From NCBI GenBank assembly GCA_964247055.1, contig OZ176053.1:1674001-1738000 (forward strand): a stretch of 64,000 nucleotides of DNA, in the 5' to 3' direction. The translations under genes were made by a program, and so were the position numbers. Shown here one piece after another: positions 1 to 11,631 of this stretch. This DNA comes from Paragordius varius (lineage: Eukaryota; Animalia; Nematomorpha). Below the pieces are notes generated by a model, which saw only the letters and a program-made list of their open reading frames with translations, searched no databases and was not told where the DNA came from. Each line of letters starts with the position of its first letter. The stretch's first letter is position 1.

Positions 1-426
1 GTTGATATGAACCTTATATTATCTTCAAATTACATTGTTATCTTAATTTAGGGGATATTTTTATACAAATATAATATAATTTACGTATATTTGCTGTTGT
101 AATACAGTATGCATTTTAATGTTTGCTTATTTCATACTATAATAGGGCAATTTGCAACATACTAGTGTAAAAAACAGCAAAATATTGAATAAACAATTAT
201 TTCCTTTCTTTCCAATATGATCATTTTTAAATATTTTTAGATTCTAAACAGAAAACTAAAAAAATTCGAAAATGTATTTATTTTAGAGACTTCTTTGGCA
301 AGTCTAGGAAAATTGTTTTACTAAGATTTTATCAATCTAAATTAGCATTAGATAAAAAATGCTATCTTTTAAATATAATACCATGTTAATTTTTTCTGTA
401 ATAATGAGCCTTTCTTTCTCTAAATT
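1..426 (-). promoter_or_regulatory. 5' flank of an additional LRR copy (L0) lying left of the window
   Basis: Matches the conserved sequence upstream of every LRR ATG (e.g. 7845-8150, 13967-14166, 28420-28850: gttgatatgaaccttatattatcttc...). Confidence 0.75.
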
Positions 427-484
427 TAAGCTGACCAGATTTTTTGAAGGAAAAAGCGGGACGAATCCGAGAAAGGGGGGGGGG
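427..484. mobile_element. Isolated right-end fragment of the hAT family element seen at 19410-23944
   Basis: TAAGCTGACCAGATTTTTTGAAGGAAAAAGCGGGAC is the reverse complement of the element end at about 23905-23944. It is fused directly to sulfotransferase exon B sequence. Confidence 0.8.
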
Positions 485-1804
485 TGATGGCTCTTGGGTC
501 TCGAACCAGGAAGATATAAGAAAATTGAGTATTTGGAACTAATATGATATAATGTATGGGGATAAATTTAGATATTATCCTTTAAATAAATATTTTTATT
601 AATAAAAAAGAGATTTTTCAAATATATGATATTTGGCTATTATGGGGAGATAAAACCGAAAAATAAATTTGAACGAAACTCAACATTATTTTGTAGAGCC
701 GCTTTAAGCCTGAAAAGCGATTTCGAATCGTTTTCACAACTGAAACCGAATTCTTAATGATTAGGCTTACTTTGGTTTTTTTGAAACATTAGCATACAAT
801 AATGTTTTATGGCTTTAAATATTAATATTTTGCAGCAATTTATTTACACTCCAGGACATATGTAAAATAAAAAAAATTTAACCAAAATTTGTACAATGAA
901 AAATAATGGAATTAGGACCATTTTTTCCCCGCGAAATAATAAAGCCAGAACAGATTGCAGCAGAAACACATTGTCACTAAATAGAACCGAGACCAAAAAC
1001 TAAAATATTAATATTCCTATATACTATTGGCATTATAAATTATCCCTGACCTTTAAAAGTCGTGTAAGACTGGGAATTTCGGATATTCACTTCGATTCAC
1101 CCTTAAACATTTAATTTAAGGTCGACAATTCGGAAAACAATAACTAATCGGTAAATTAGGGTTCAGGAGTAGTGTTGATCAAAGAATTTAATTTTTTTAT
1201 GCTATTTAAAAGGTTTATTAATTTTATAGGCGTTTTATTAAAGATATGTTGGTCCTATTATAAACTTTTAGCAGCGTGTTTTATGATAGATGTGACATTT
1301 TTTTATCATTTTTGCCATAACTTTTTTTGATTTGTAAAATAACTAAATAAATTTAACTTTCTGAAAATATTGAGAGGTAGGTTGATAGATGTCCGCGGAC
1401 AAACTTAAATATTTTTGTCGGATATTTGAGACACAGTTGTTAAAAAGTGTATTTTGTAATGAGTGAAAATTTCCTTTGTCAAACAATGCGGATTGGTACA
1501 ATTTAAGTAATTTTGTATGGTACGACTTCGGGGTAAGATAAAGTATTTGTAATTTAGGGCAAAATTAAGCCATCTTATGTCAGATAAATAATTGATGTCA
1601 CATTGAATTAGGACTTGCATGAATCCTATAATAAGTGTTTGTAAATGGGCTTTTAAGTAGGCTGCATCGATGTTCCCATCTATTTTATTGTGGTAAAAAT
1701 TGGTTGGTTCATGAATGTATATACTATCTATGTAAGTCAATTCAGCCAGTAGGGTTGTACCTCCTCGCATACATATATTATGATGGCGTTTTTACTTAAT
1801 GTTT
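485..1804 (-). pseudogene. Sulfotransferase copy S1 (pseudogene)
   Basis: Exon A spans about 1358-1804 (MRGGTTLL, YIHEP motifs) with a 4-nt deletion before the Met, a 6-nt deletion and a later frameshift. The exon B acceptor AG is mutated to AA (about 533), and exon B is cut off after LVRDPRA by the hAT end fragment. Confidence 0.85.
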
Positions 1805-4800
1805 CTAGTAAAAATAATTAAAGGGCTTTGATTACTGAAAAACATTACTAAATTAGAATTTAAACAAACTTATTTGCGCCTATATAACTTAATAATAAAA
1901 TTGAATTGTTTAAAATATAATATGAAATTTTCTGAAAAATACTTTTCTAATCAGACTTTCTAGGGCGTCGCAAAATGACAAAAGCAAGAATTTCGGCAAA
2001 AACGAATTTTCATAATTAGAGCAGCAAATTTGTAATGGCTCATGTAGACTTAATACTATCTGTGAAAATGGGGAAATCTATTAAACACTTTGCTCGATAT
2101 CTTAATTGTATGAGAAAAAAAAATAAAATACCAATACAAGTCATTTGAGTTTTCCTCCGATTAATCAAAATCAAAAAATCGCATTTTCCGCACATCGGTT
2201 CTCTAAGAATAGCCCGTATCCTTATTTTGACTTATAAAAGAAGAATTAAATTTAAACAAAAAATGGGGAAAAGCCTTTTTAACTACAATTAAATACTATA
2301 TACTATACATATTTAGCTTTATATAATAAACATTATTTGCATCAAAGCGAAAGTATCAAAAATACTTAACATTTTGGTGCCACTTAAGTTCCTTAGTTTT
2401 CGGTAATCGATAGAATAATTAAATAAATGTATTCATAGCTTAAAATATATATTATTTCTTATGTTAATAACGATAATCTAATAATATCATTATATATGAT
2501 TATTATGATATGAAAATAGAAATCAAAAAGAAAAATATGTGCGTATTCAAATGTAGAAAAAAGTGCGTTTTGAATTTAATTAATCACATTTCCACCATGC
2601 TTCAAAATACCATAAAGTAAGCTTAAAAACGTTTTGGCAAAACTAAATTTTTAGGCAGACTATGCATTTTATTTTTTTAATGTAATAATCTGGCATGTAT
2701 TAAAAATATTGCGTCTCGGAATTTTTGCGTTAATTAAAAAATATTAGCCCATTTTGGGTAATACAAATTTTGCGACTTTCGGAGTTGTGCTAATATTGCG
2801 ATTATAAAGCAATCATCTCAATAGTTCAATTAACTTTCTTAAATAACTTATAAGACGCAAAATTTAACAGTCTATGAGAATCCTAACAAATTTGTCTATC
2901 ATAAATTTTATGTTTTTAAGTTTTTTGTGTGCAGGTATTGTGCCTAATTTTTAAATTTTTGATAAGAAGTAGATAGTACAAAAGTGGAAATATTTTTAAA
3001 TGATCTTTATGGCATAAAACCAACACCATGGGATTCCGAATATATTTTTCTATCGGAATAAATATCATCAGAAAATATACATTTCATCAGAATTTTATGG
3101 ACACTGGGTAATTAGGATTTCAAATAGAAAAAAAATGATTATTAACTAGAATTTTTTAGCTCATGCACCGATTAATGATATCTAATTTTTTTCTTTGTTT
3201 TATTACGTAAATTAAGGATGTTAAATCCTTTTGAATAAATATTTTCCTATAATTTGTACATAAGAGTTAACACAAACCTTCAAAATAGATATAATACATC
3301 GCATTTATAAAATATATGAATTAAATTGACCTAGGGTCGCTAACAAAATTTGTATTAAAAACATAAATTTGAATGCAAAAATCCTTCATCAGTCTCTATT
3401 TAACAAAAACAGTCAAACATAACATAAATTTAATTAAATATTTTATATTCAGCACCCCCACTGTGCGCATATATAACCTTCCACCTCCATTACTTTCAGT
3501 GTACTAATTTTAATTTATCGACTGATATTGTCAGCCGAAAGCAATGGGATAGTTTATATGCCAGAGTTAAAATCTGTAAATACTGTTTCGACAGAAATTT
3601 TAGCTAAAATTTAATTAATAATTATTATTATATATTATATAAATAACCTTATAGTGTTTATAAAGTTTAGTGAATTCTGGATTCTAAAATTGGGACAGCT
3701 TTGAAAAACGATTGAAACGAACAGTCGATATTAAAATCAAAATATATTAAGTTTTCTGGTAAAAAGCCTGGAAACATTTTAAAGTTAATTATTAAATTTT
3801 CCAATCAAAATACACATTTTCATTAGCGATTTAAAAAAATTATAGATAAGGGCGGGAAAAAGTTTGAGATGAGTATATTTTACATTTTTTTAAATTTTTA
3901 AAAAGAATGCATATTTTTAAAATTCAGCTTAATAATTTATTTACTTTTTAAGATATTTAAATTTAAACTCTGATATAATTCTATTCCAAAAGGTCATTGA
4001 GTGTTAAATTTTATGGAATATAAATTTGGAAAAACAAGTAATAAAATTATCATGAGTTCAAATTTTACTTGTGAAAGCATATAATATACCACTGATAGAG
4101 AGCTAACTACAAGTAAAATTATCTTTATTTTTTACGCAACGACGGCATATCTAGAAATACAAAAAAATAAATATATATATATTTATATTTTTACTGCCAG
4201 ATGACTCGTTCTGTTCGCACTTAATTCGAGAATACCTAAATTATCACTTTATTCATACCGTACTGGGACTCCAGCCAAAAATGTGTAAATTTGTTCACGG
4301 TAAATGGGAATTCGTACGTCAATATTTTAAAAAATTTGCACGTACGTTTTTCGGCATATACAGTATCAGTAAAAATACATTGCAACATTAACTGTAAAGG
4401 TAAATATTATTGGCTAAAAGTTGGTTAACACAAAAATGCTGTTTCATCTTTTAGCCAAATAAAATGCTCTTTCCCGTAATTAAAAACTCGTAATGTATTA
4501 TTACTCAAACTATTTGTAACGTATGAATGTGTAGCTATTTCTCGTGATGTTGAGAACTTAAAAGCTGTGATGTTGATCCTGCGCATAAAATATCGTAATA
4601 ATTGATCATTTGGATTTTATTCTACCAAAAGAAACGAGAATGTTTACGTGTATAATTCAAACTGCAAGGTAAATATTATAATATTGATTTCAGGATTTAT
4701 ATAAATATTTGATTGAATTATAAATGTCGAAAAATGTTGTCCATGTGCATAATATTTACTATAACACAAACGTTGCTGCCAAAAAAAATAAAATGTTATG

Positions 4801-5445
4801 AGAGATATTATTGGTTATATTTAATTGGTCAAAATGGTTCCGAATCCACGTGCGCGTTAGCTACTTTTTTATTTTTATTATAAACATATTTAATTGTTAA
4901 ATTACAAAAAATTTAGTAACGCCTGATTTCGTTTTCATCAGAGAAAATGTTACCTTTTCATATAATAAGATTTTAAATTCTAATTTCTAATAAATGTGTT
5001 GTCTTATATCTCTGTAAACAAATTCAGGATGACTGTATAAATATACAACTATTCAAATTTAAAATCTCAATGCTAACACACTAAGGATTTTAAACCCCTT
5101 TAACCAATTAAAATACCGATGCGACCAGTAATAGCTGCCGTTATATAAAAAAGTATGGAATACACGTTGCTAGTATTTGATTTTTTATTCCCAGAGAGCA
5201 TTTACAGTAAAGCGTTATGATTGGATTTAATGGCGCATGAGATATTTTTGTATATTTTTTCAATTTTCCTTCATTTTAGCCAATAGTAATGCTTTTTTGT
5301 ATAAATGGTATCTAGCATATTTGATGAAAAACTAGCAATGTATTGTACTCTCTACTGTTTTTTACTTAACACTAAATGCGATTTTTGTTAATTAGAAACT
5401 ATGAGTACAAATATTAGCACCTAGTTTTTGCATTTATTTAGCAGC

Positions 5446-5446
5446 C

Positions 5447-5485
<39 letters not shown>
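5446..5485. repeat. (AT)n microsatellite
   Basis: Run of atatat... in the LRR 3' flank. The orthologous tract varies in length between copies (long also at about 15795-15830). Confidence 0.85.
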
Positions 5486-5562
5486 AATCAAATTCCAACA
5501 CCATCCCATATTTATTTTAAAAGTTTTAACCGAAAAAATTTTTTGTTTATAGCAAAAACAAA

Positions 5563-7609
5563 TTATTTTTCTTCATCTAAACCGAAATCTCCACTATTTC
5601 CTGAAGAGGAAGATTCTGGATTTGGTGATCTGATTTCGCTAGCATTCAAATTCAATTCATGATTTTCATAGCCCCATATTATCAAATTACATATGGCAGC
5701 ATTCATATTTTGTAAATTTATCGTTTCACCATTGTATGCACAAGTACCAATCAGAGTTGGGCCAGTTTTAAGGCTTATATCACATAAAACATGGGAACAA
5801 CTTAAAGGGTTTCCTAAAATAACAACGAAATACAGTAAACATGAGATTATACAGAGAAAACGTAAAAAGGAAGACAGATGTTTTTTAAAAAAAATGACAT
5901 TTATATATTTCAAATATTAATTTTTTTATAAATAGCGTAGCATTTGAGGTTGTTAAATAAGGAATAGAGATGTAAATTGGTAATATACAGAATTATATAA
6001 TTAAAATAATTGAATAGTTTATGCAGTTAAACCAAGGTCTCTCTAAAAGTTTTTTTGTTTAAATAGATTTTGCTTTGAAAAAAAATGATATGTGTAATTT
6101 GGGCATCGCATATAAAAAAATATAAAACAGACCTGTTAAATCTATTTCCACACTGGGAATAGCGGTATGAGCAATAACTTTTGTAATATTATTATTACTT
6201 AAATCTATGGATTGAATACTTTTGAGTTTTGCAAAATCATTTAAATCTAAATAATTTATCCCATTTCCAGAAAGCCGAATTATTTGCAATGACGGACTTA
6301 GTCGTAAAGAAGATATATTACGAATCTGGTTGTAATTCAAATTAATTTCATTTATCTGGTTTAAATTGGAAACATCTAAAGTTACTAACTTATTTCCGGC
6401 TAATTCTAAGACCTCCAAATTTTTAAGTGTAGGCAAAGTGGTTAAATTTATTTCTCCAATATGATTATTATTTAAATACAATGTTTTTAATTTGGATAGT
6501 TTCTCAGTATTTTTAGCTAGAGGTGTATTAATGTACATAATATTATTGGAATCCAAATTTACGGTTTCTAAATTTTTGCAATCGCTTATTTCGTCCATAA
6601 AATTATCGTTTTTATCGCTTCCAATCATATTTCTTTTAAGACTTAAATATTTTAAATTTTTACTCTTGAAATTACAAATATTTTTCGGAAAGGAAAGTAG
6701 CATGTTATCGTCAAACGACAGGGATTCAATCTTAGGTGGAAGAAAGTTCAAATTTTTGATTTTTTGAAGATTAGTTCCAATATACAAGTCAGTTAGTTGG
6801 CTAAAGGCTTGAGGGAATACAAGCGATTCGTCGATATCCTTAATTTTCGGAGATAAAAATTGCAAACTCTCCAGGTTTGTACATGCTATTTTTTCCTTTA
6901 ACTCTTCCATCCCAAGCAAACTCAATACTCTGAGTCCTTTAAGGGCTTTATTTTTTAATACACCACGAGTTTGGGTAAGGAATGGCATTTTAATGTTCAA
7001 AAAACTTAACTGATTTAATGCATTAAACTTCCCCCAATCCAATCGATGTATGCGATCCAAATCTAACCGGAGTGTTTTTATGGGTAAATTTTTGATTTGA
7101 TTAGTCATTGCATAGACCATCGCTTCATCAATTTTAGCATTCAAATCGTAATCTGTAATTTCCAAGTGGTTTAAATAGCTTAATCTGCCAAACAAATTAG
7201 TGTTTTCGGCTAAATCAATCCATCTAACTTGAATTAGGGAAAGAGCGCTTATTCTGACCATATCATTCACCTGGATATTCTCAAAAGAAAGCTTTTTAAA
7301 TTTTGAGTTAGTAATGAATAAAGAAATATTGAGGATAGACTGATTACCGTCTCCGCCAGTAAAATTGGCAAAAATACTTTCTAGGTTTGAAAAATCAATA
7401 TCGTCCAAACCATTACATTTAACTGAAGTTGTGATAGCCAAAATGTTAGCTATAGGTTCTTTGAATGGTTCACACATGCATTTGGGAATAAAATTGTTCA
7501 AGGTAAAACATAATTTCTCTATCCCGCCAACTTTAAAAGCTGAAGTTTTAGCCGCCAAGGATAAGGAGCATAAAATTCCAATAATGATACAGATATATCT
7601 TGAAATCAT
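5563..7609 (-). CDS. Secreted LRR protein, copy L1 (intact, about 575 aa)
   Basis: Exon 1 is 7609-6133 (signal peptide MISRYICIIIGILCSLSLAA, LRRNT-like CMC..VKC, multiple LxxLxLxxN repeats). A phase-1 GT..AG intron is followed by exon 2 at 5813-5563. The splice restores IDLTG-NPLSCSHVLC (LRRCT-like, 4 Cys) and ends SSSSGNSGDFGLDEEK*. Confidence 0.88.
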
Positions 7610-8161
7610 TATTAATTTGAAAAAAATAATTATATCTCTCTGAAAAAGAAAATTATTTTTATATAATTTTTATCGACTAATTATATTACCTTTATTTAAA
7701 TGTTAAATCTGCTAATAAAATTGTTTGTTATTATACTCAGCATATTTTTTATTGCTATTTTTTACGCAATTTGATTGAATTATACGAATTTTAACTCTAA
7801 AATCGTAAGAAATACATTCATTACCTTTATTCGTAAAAACTCGTTGATATGAACCTTATACTATCTTCGAATTACATTGTTATCTTAATTTAGGGGATAT
7901 TTTTATGAAATATAATATAATTTACGTATATTTGCTGTTGTAATACAGTATGCATTTTAATGTTTGCTTATTTCACACTATAGTAAGGGCAATTTGCAAC
8001 ACACTAGTGTATGGAAAAAACAGCAAAATGTTGAATTAACAATTATTTCCTTTCTTTCCAATATGATCATTTTTAAATATTTTATTAGATTTCAAGCATA
8101 AAATTAAAAAAAATCTAAAATGATATATAAAGTATTTATTTTAGAAACTTCTTTAGCAAGT

Positions 8162-10020
8162 TGATATAAAAAGGATATATTTTTAACGTAACAAGGACAA
8201 AAGTGTTTTTATGCACTAAAAAAGGGAAGGATAATTTGCGTATGATAATAACCCTTTTAATATACCTTCTTTCTTAAGCTTGATATCGGTCGGGTGGCTT
8301 TCGGGATCGCATCGGGTACCGGTGAGTCGTAGTAGGAGAAGTGTCACTTGTTTGCACGGGAGTATTCTCAGTTGAAGGCGCACTTTCTGATTCCGGATTC
8401 TCCTCGATGTTTTCAGGGGTTCTTATTTCATGTTCCGTGGGATGTTTTCGGAGGTTATTATCATTGTTGTTTAAGTTTCGAATGATGAGTTAGGAATGCT
8501 GATTGATATTTCCGGGTTATCTAGATTTTTAGTCTTTTCCTCACTTCTCCCGTCTTCTCCTTCGGCCGACCAATCCATGCGATTCTTTAATTGATCAGCA
8601 TGTTTGCGGATAATTTTGCCATTGTCGTTGACATTGTACGATAACCATCCCGTTCTGTCGACGATTTGTCCCTCCCTCCAACCAGTACACAATTCATTCT
8701 TGATATATACCTTTTGCCCCTTTTCAAACTCCTGCGGAATGTCGGGAGTATCCATGAATTCGTTGGGTTTCATTTTCATCCATGTAAATGGGCTTTGCAT
8801 AGTTCTTTTAAAAACAAATGCGCGGGGGTCTCCTTCATGGAACTGTGATGCGTGTTTCGGTAAGCCCATAAGATTTGGTTTAATCCTCGCACTGGGTCTA
8901 CTGAAAGTGGGGTTGACATTGAATAATAATTTTTTAGAGTGTAAATTACTCTCTCTACCAACCCCTTTGTTCGGGGGTGGTAGGGAGCTGATGTTACGTG
9001 TTTTATATTAGAGGAAGCTAAAGTTCTTTCAAACTCCCCCGATTTAAAATAAGAGCCGTTATCAGTAACCACCACTTTTGGGTACCCATACCGGCAAAAA
9101 CAGGTTTCTGAAAACTTTCGAATATTACCTGTATTCACAGAGCGTAACGTCTCTACCTCCACCCAGCGGGTGCAATGATCAATTAGTACCACCCAGTATA
9201 AATTGTCAATGCCGTTCCCATATGGTTGTATTCCCGTTCCATTTAAAGGTTGGATTTTCGGGTACATTTAGGCGCAGCCTTTGGCAGTTTTGGCAACTAC
9301 GCACCCATTCCAATAAACCCTATGCAAAGCCCATTTACATGGATGAAAACGAAACCCAACGAATTCATGGATACTCCCGACATTCCGCAGGAGTTTGAAA
9401 AGGGGCAAAAGGTATATATCAAGAATGAATTGTGTACTGGTTGGAGGGAGGGACAAATCGTCGACAGAACGGGATGGTTATCGTACAATGTCAAAGGTTG
9501 GGATTATGTATTGGGGCGGTTTTATGTGTGGATTTATACTTATTTTAAAATCCGCGCATATTCTAAGCTCTTTATTCGGTTTTAAAATATTTACAGTAGG
9601 GCTGGACCAAACGATTCTAGTCTTTTTTGGATCAACAGGCTCAATTATATCCAGTTTTACCAATCTATTTATCTCATCCTCCACTTTGCTTTGTAACGAT
9701 AGTGGCACCCTTCTACTTGGAAAAATTCTACCACAATTATTATTACTTAAAAACACTTTAATCGGTTCGCCTTTCCAGCAACCAAGGCCCTCAGAAAATA
9801 ACTTGTTAAATTTGTTATATATATCATATGAAGATAAGTTATTTATTATTACATGACTGGGTAATTTCAAATTAAATTGTTTTATCCAGTCCATTCCATA
9901 TATTGATGGTAAATTGTTGTTTATAATAAAGCACTCTAGAATGTGCGTTCTTTTATCTAATTCAACCTGTAATTTGCATTTACCTAATGTTTTTTATACG
10001 ATTATTATTGTATGCATGTA
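8162..10020 (-). mobile_element. Rearranged Ty3/Gypsy LTR retrotransposon remnant
   Basis: RT N-terminus at 9494-9900 (RRVPLSL..VEDEI..L..IIEPV, WSSP, LRICADFK). Integrase Zn finger and core at about 8790-9300 (CQNC, VVVTDNGSYF, SAPYHPRTKGLVER). Integrase tail RSRKPPDRYQA* is followed by a purine tract and a short TG-starting putative 3' LTR at 8162 to about 8263. Frameshifted, with no 5' LTR. The right boundary is approximate. Confidence 0.85.
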
Positions 10021-10830
10021 TGAAAATATTATTGTTATGAAAATCTAGTGCTGGTTTGCCTAGACGGCCCAATATATATATTGGATAATTAATATTCCAG
10101 AGTTGAAATCTAATAAACTATTTTGAAAAAATTTAGCTAAAACTTAATTATCAAAAATTATTATCATGTATTAGATAAAAAGTATATAGTTGTTTTTTCA
10201 CAGTTTTGTGACTTCTAGAGTCTGGATCTTTGAAAAACAATCATAACGGCCGATTTTAAAAATTAAAATATATTAAGTTTGCTCGTAAAATATAGCCTGA
10301 AAACTTTTTAAAGTTAATTATTAAAATTTTCCCATCATAATACACGTTATTACGATTTAAGAAATTTATAGATAACGGCGACAAAAAGTTTAAGATTTTC
10401 TTGGTCATGCTCATGCCCTTTTGAAATAAAGATTTTACAATAAAAGTCGAAAATTAAAATTTATATTTTTATCATATACGCATTTTAGCTTTAAATAAAT
10501 TTCATAATATATAATGCGTAATTCTCTCAATTTTGCTACGAAATGTATTACTCAAACTATTTGTAACAATGTAAATGTGTGATTTTCTTTTGTCTTGAGG
10601 TTGAGAACTTAAAAGCTAATGTGATGTTGATACCAGGCGCATAAAATATTGTAATTATTGATCATATTTAAATTTTTATACTATTTACCAAAAGAAACGA
10701 GAATGTTTACGTGTATAATTTAACAAATTACTAGGTAAATATTGTAATTTCGATTTTTGAAACCATATAATTATTGTTTGATTAAAACATAAATGTCGAA
10801 AAATTGTTTGTCCATTTTATGCATTTTAAT

Positions 10831-11087
10831 CAGAGGCGTAGCTTGCATTTCTGGCCCCTGGTGCATGCTGTGATGCACCCCCCTTCCATGTAATCCCTTG
10901 CATTTCAAAAAAATAATCAGATTCAAACCGTGGAGCTCATAAATGGGGGTGATTTTTTTATGTATTATTTATAATAACTTTTAAAAACCTATTTTTTGAA
11001 ATAAAATCAAAGAATTTTAAATCCCACGCCTCTTCAACTATGGCGGCCGGTGCAGCCCCCCTTTCCTCCCCCCTAGCTACGCCTTTC
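10831..11087. mobile_element. hAT-type MITE (family 1), copy a
   Basis: Imperfect TIRs CAGAGGCGTAGC / GCTACGCCTTTC, about 257 bp. Absent from the homologous site in the other spacer type (about 4750, 55730). Confidence 0.75.
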
Positions 11088-11631
11088 ATTAAAATTACTA
11101 TAAATTAGATCTTGCTGCCACAAAAATCAAATGTTATAATGAGAGCTATTATTGGTCATATCGGTCCTTTATTTAGTTAAAGTGATTATAAATCCACGTG
11201 TGCATTAGTTACTTTACAAATTTTCTTTTTTTATTAGTGACATTAATTGTTAAAGTGCAAAAATTATAGTAACGCCTGATTCGTTTGCATTAGATAAAAT
11301 GTTAAATTTTTATAGAAAGGTTAGGCAAATTTCAAATTCTAATTCCAAATAATGTGTTTTTCTAATATCTCTGTAAACTTCAGGATGACTGTATTAATAT
11401 ACAGCTAAATTAATTTGAAATCTCAATACTAGCACAGTATTTTACCCTTACTGTTCACTTTTGAACGCTTAAATTCTTGTTATATTAAAAACTATGAGTA
11501 AAATTAGTTAACACCTAGTTTTTACATTTATTTAGCAGCCATTTATATATAAATCAAATTCCAATACCATCCCATTTGTATTATTGTAAAAAATTTAACT
11601 GGAAAAACTTTTTTGTTTATAGGTAAAAAAA

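Noticed and set aside
5380-5425. Candidate third LRR exon after ...aaaactag|GTGCTAATATTTG (VLIFVLIVSN)
   Set aside because: Very short, stops early, and its frame is not conserved in other copies.
6059-6132. Hydrophobic C-terminal tails of the long LRR ORFs (e.g. LFYIFLYAMPK...) as membrane anchors
   Set aside because: They lie after a conserved GT donor, differ in frame and length between copies, and splicing restores the LRRCT motif. They are intron read-through.
5563-7609. Calling these genes Toll-like receptors or assigning a gene symbol
   Set aside because: No TM or TIR sequence was found and LRR similarity alone is not diagnostic.
6492-7643. Recurrent plus-strand ORFs (MDSFSVF..., MAKILSRFEK..., MAAFIF...) over each LRR copy
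   Set aside because: Antisense shadows of the LRR coding sequence, conserved only because the opposite strand is.
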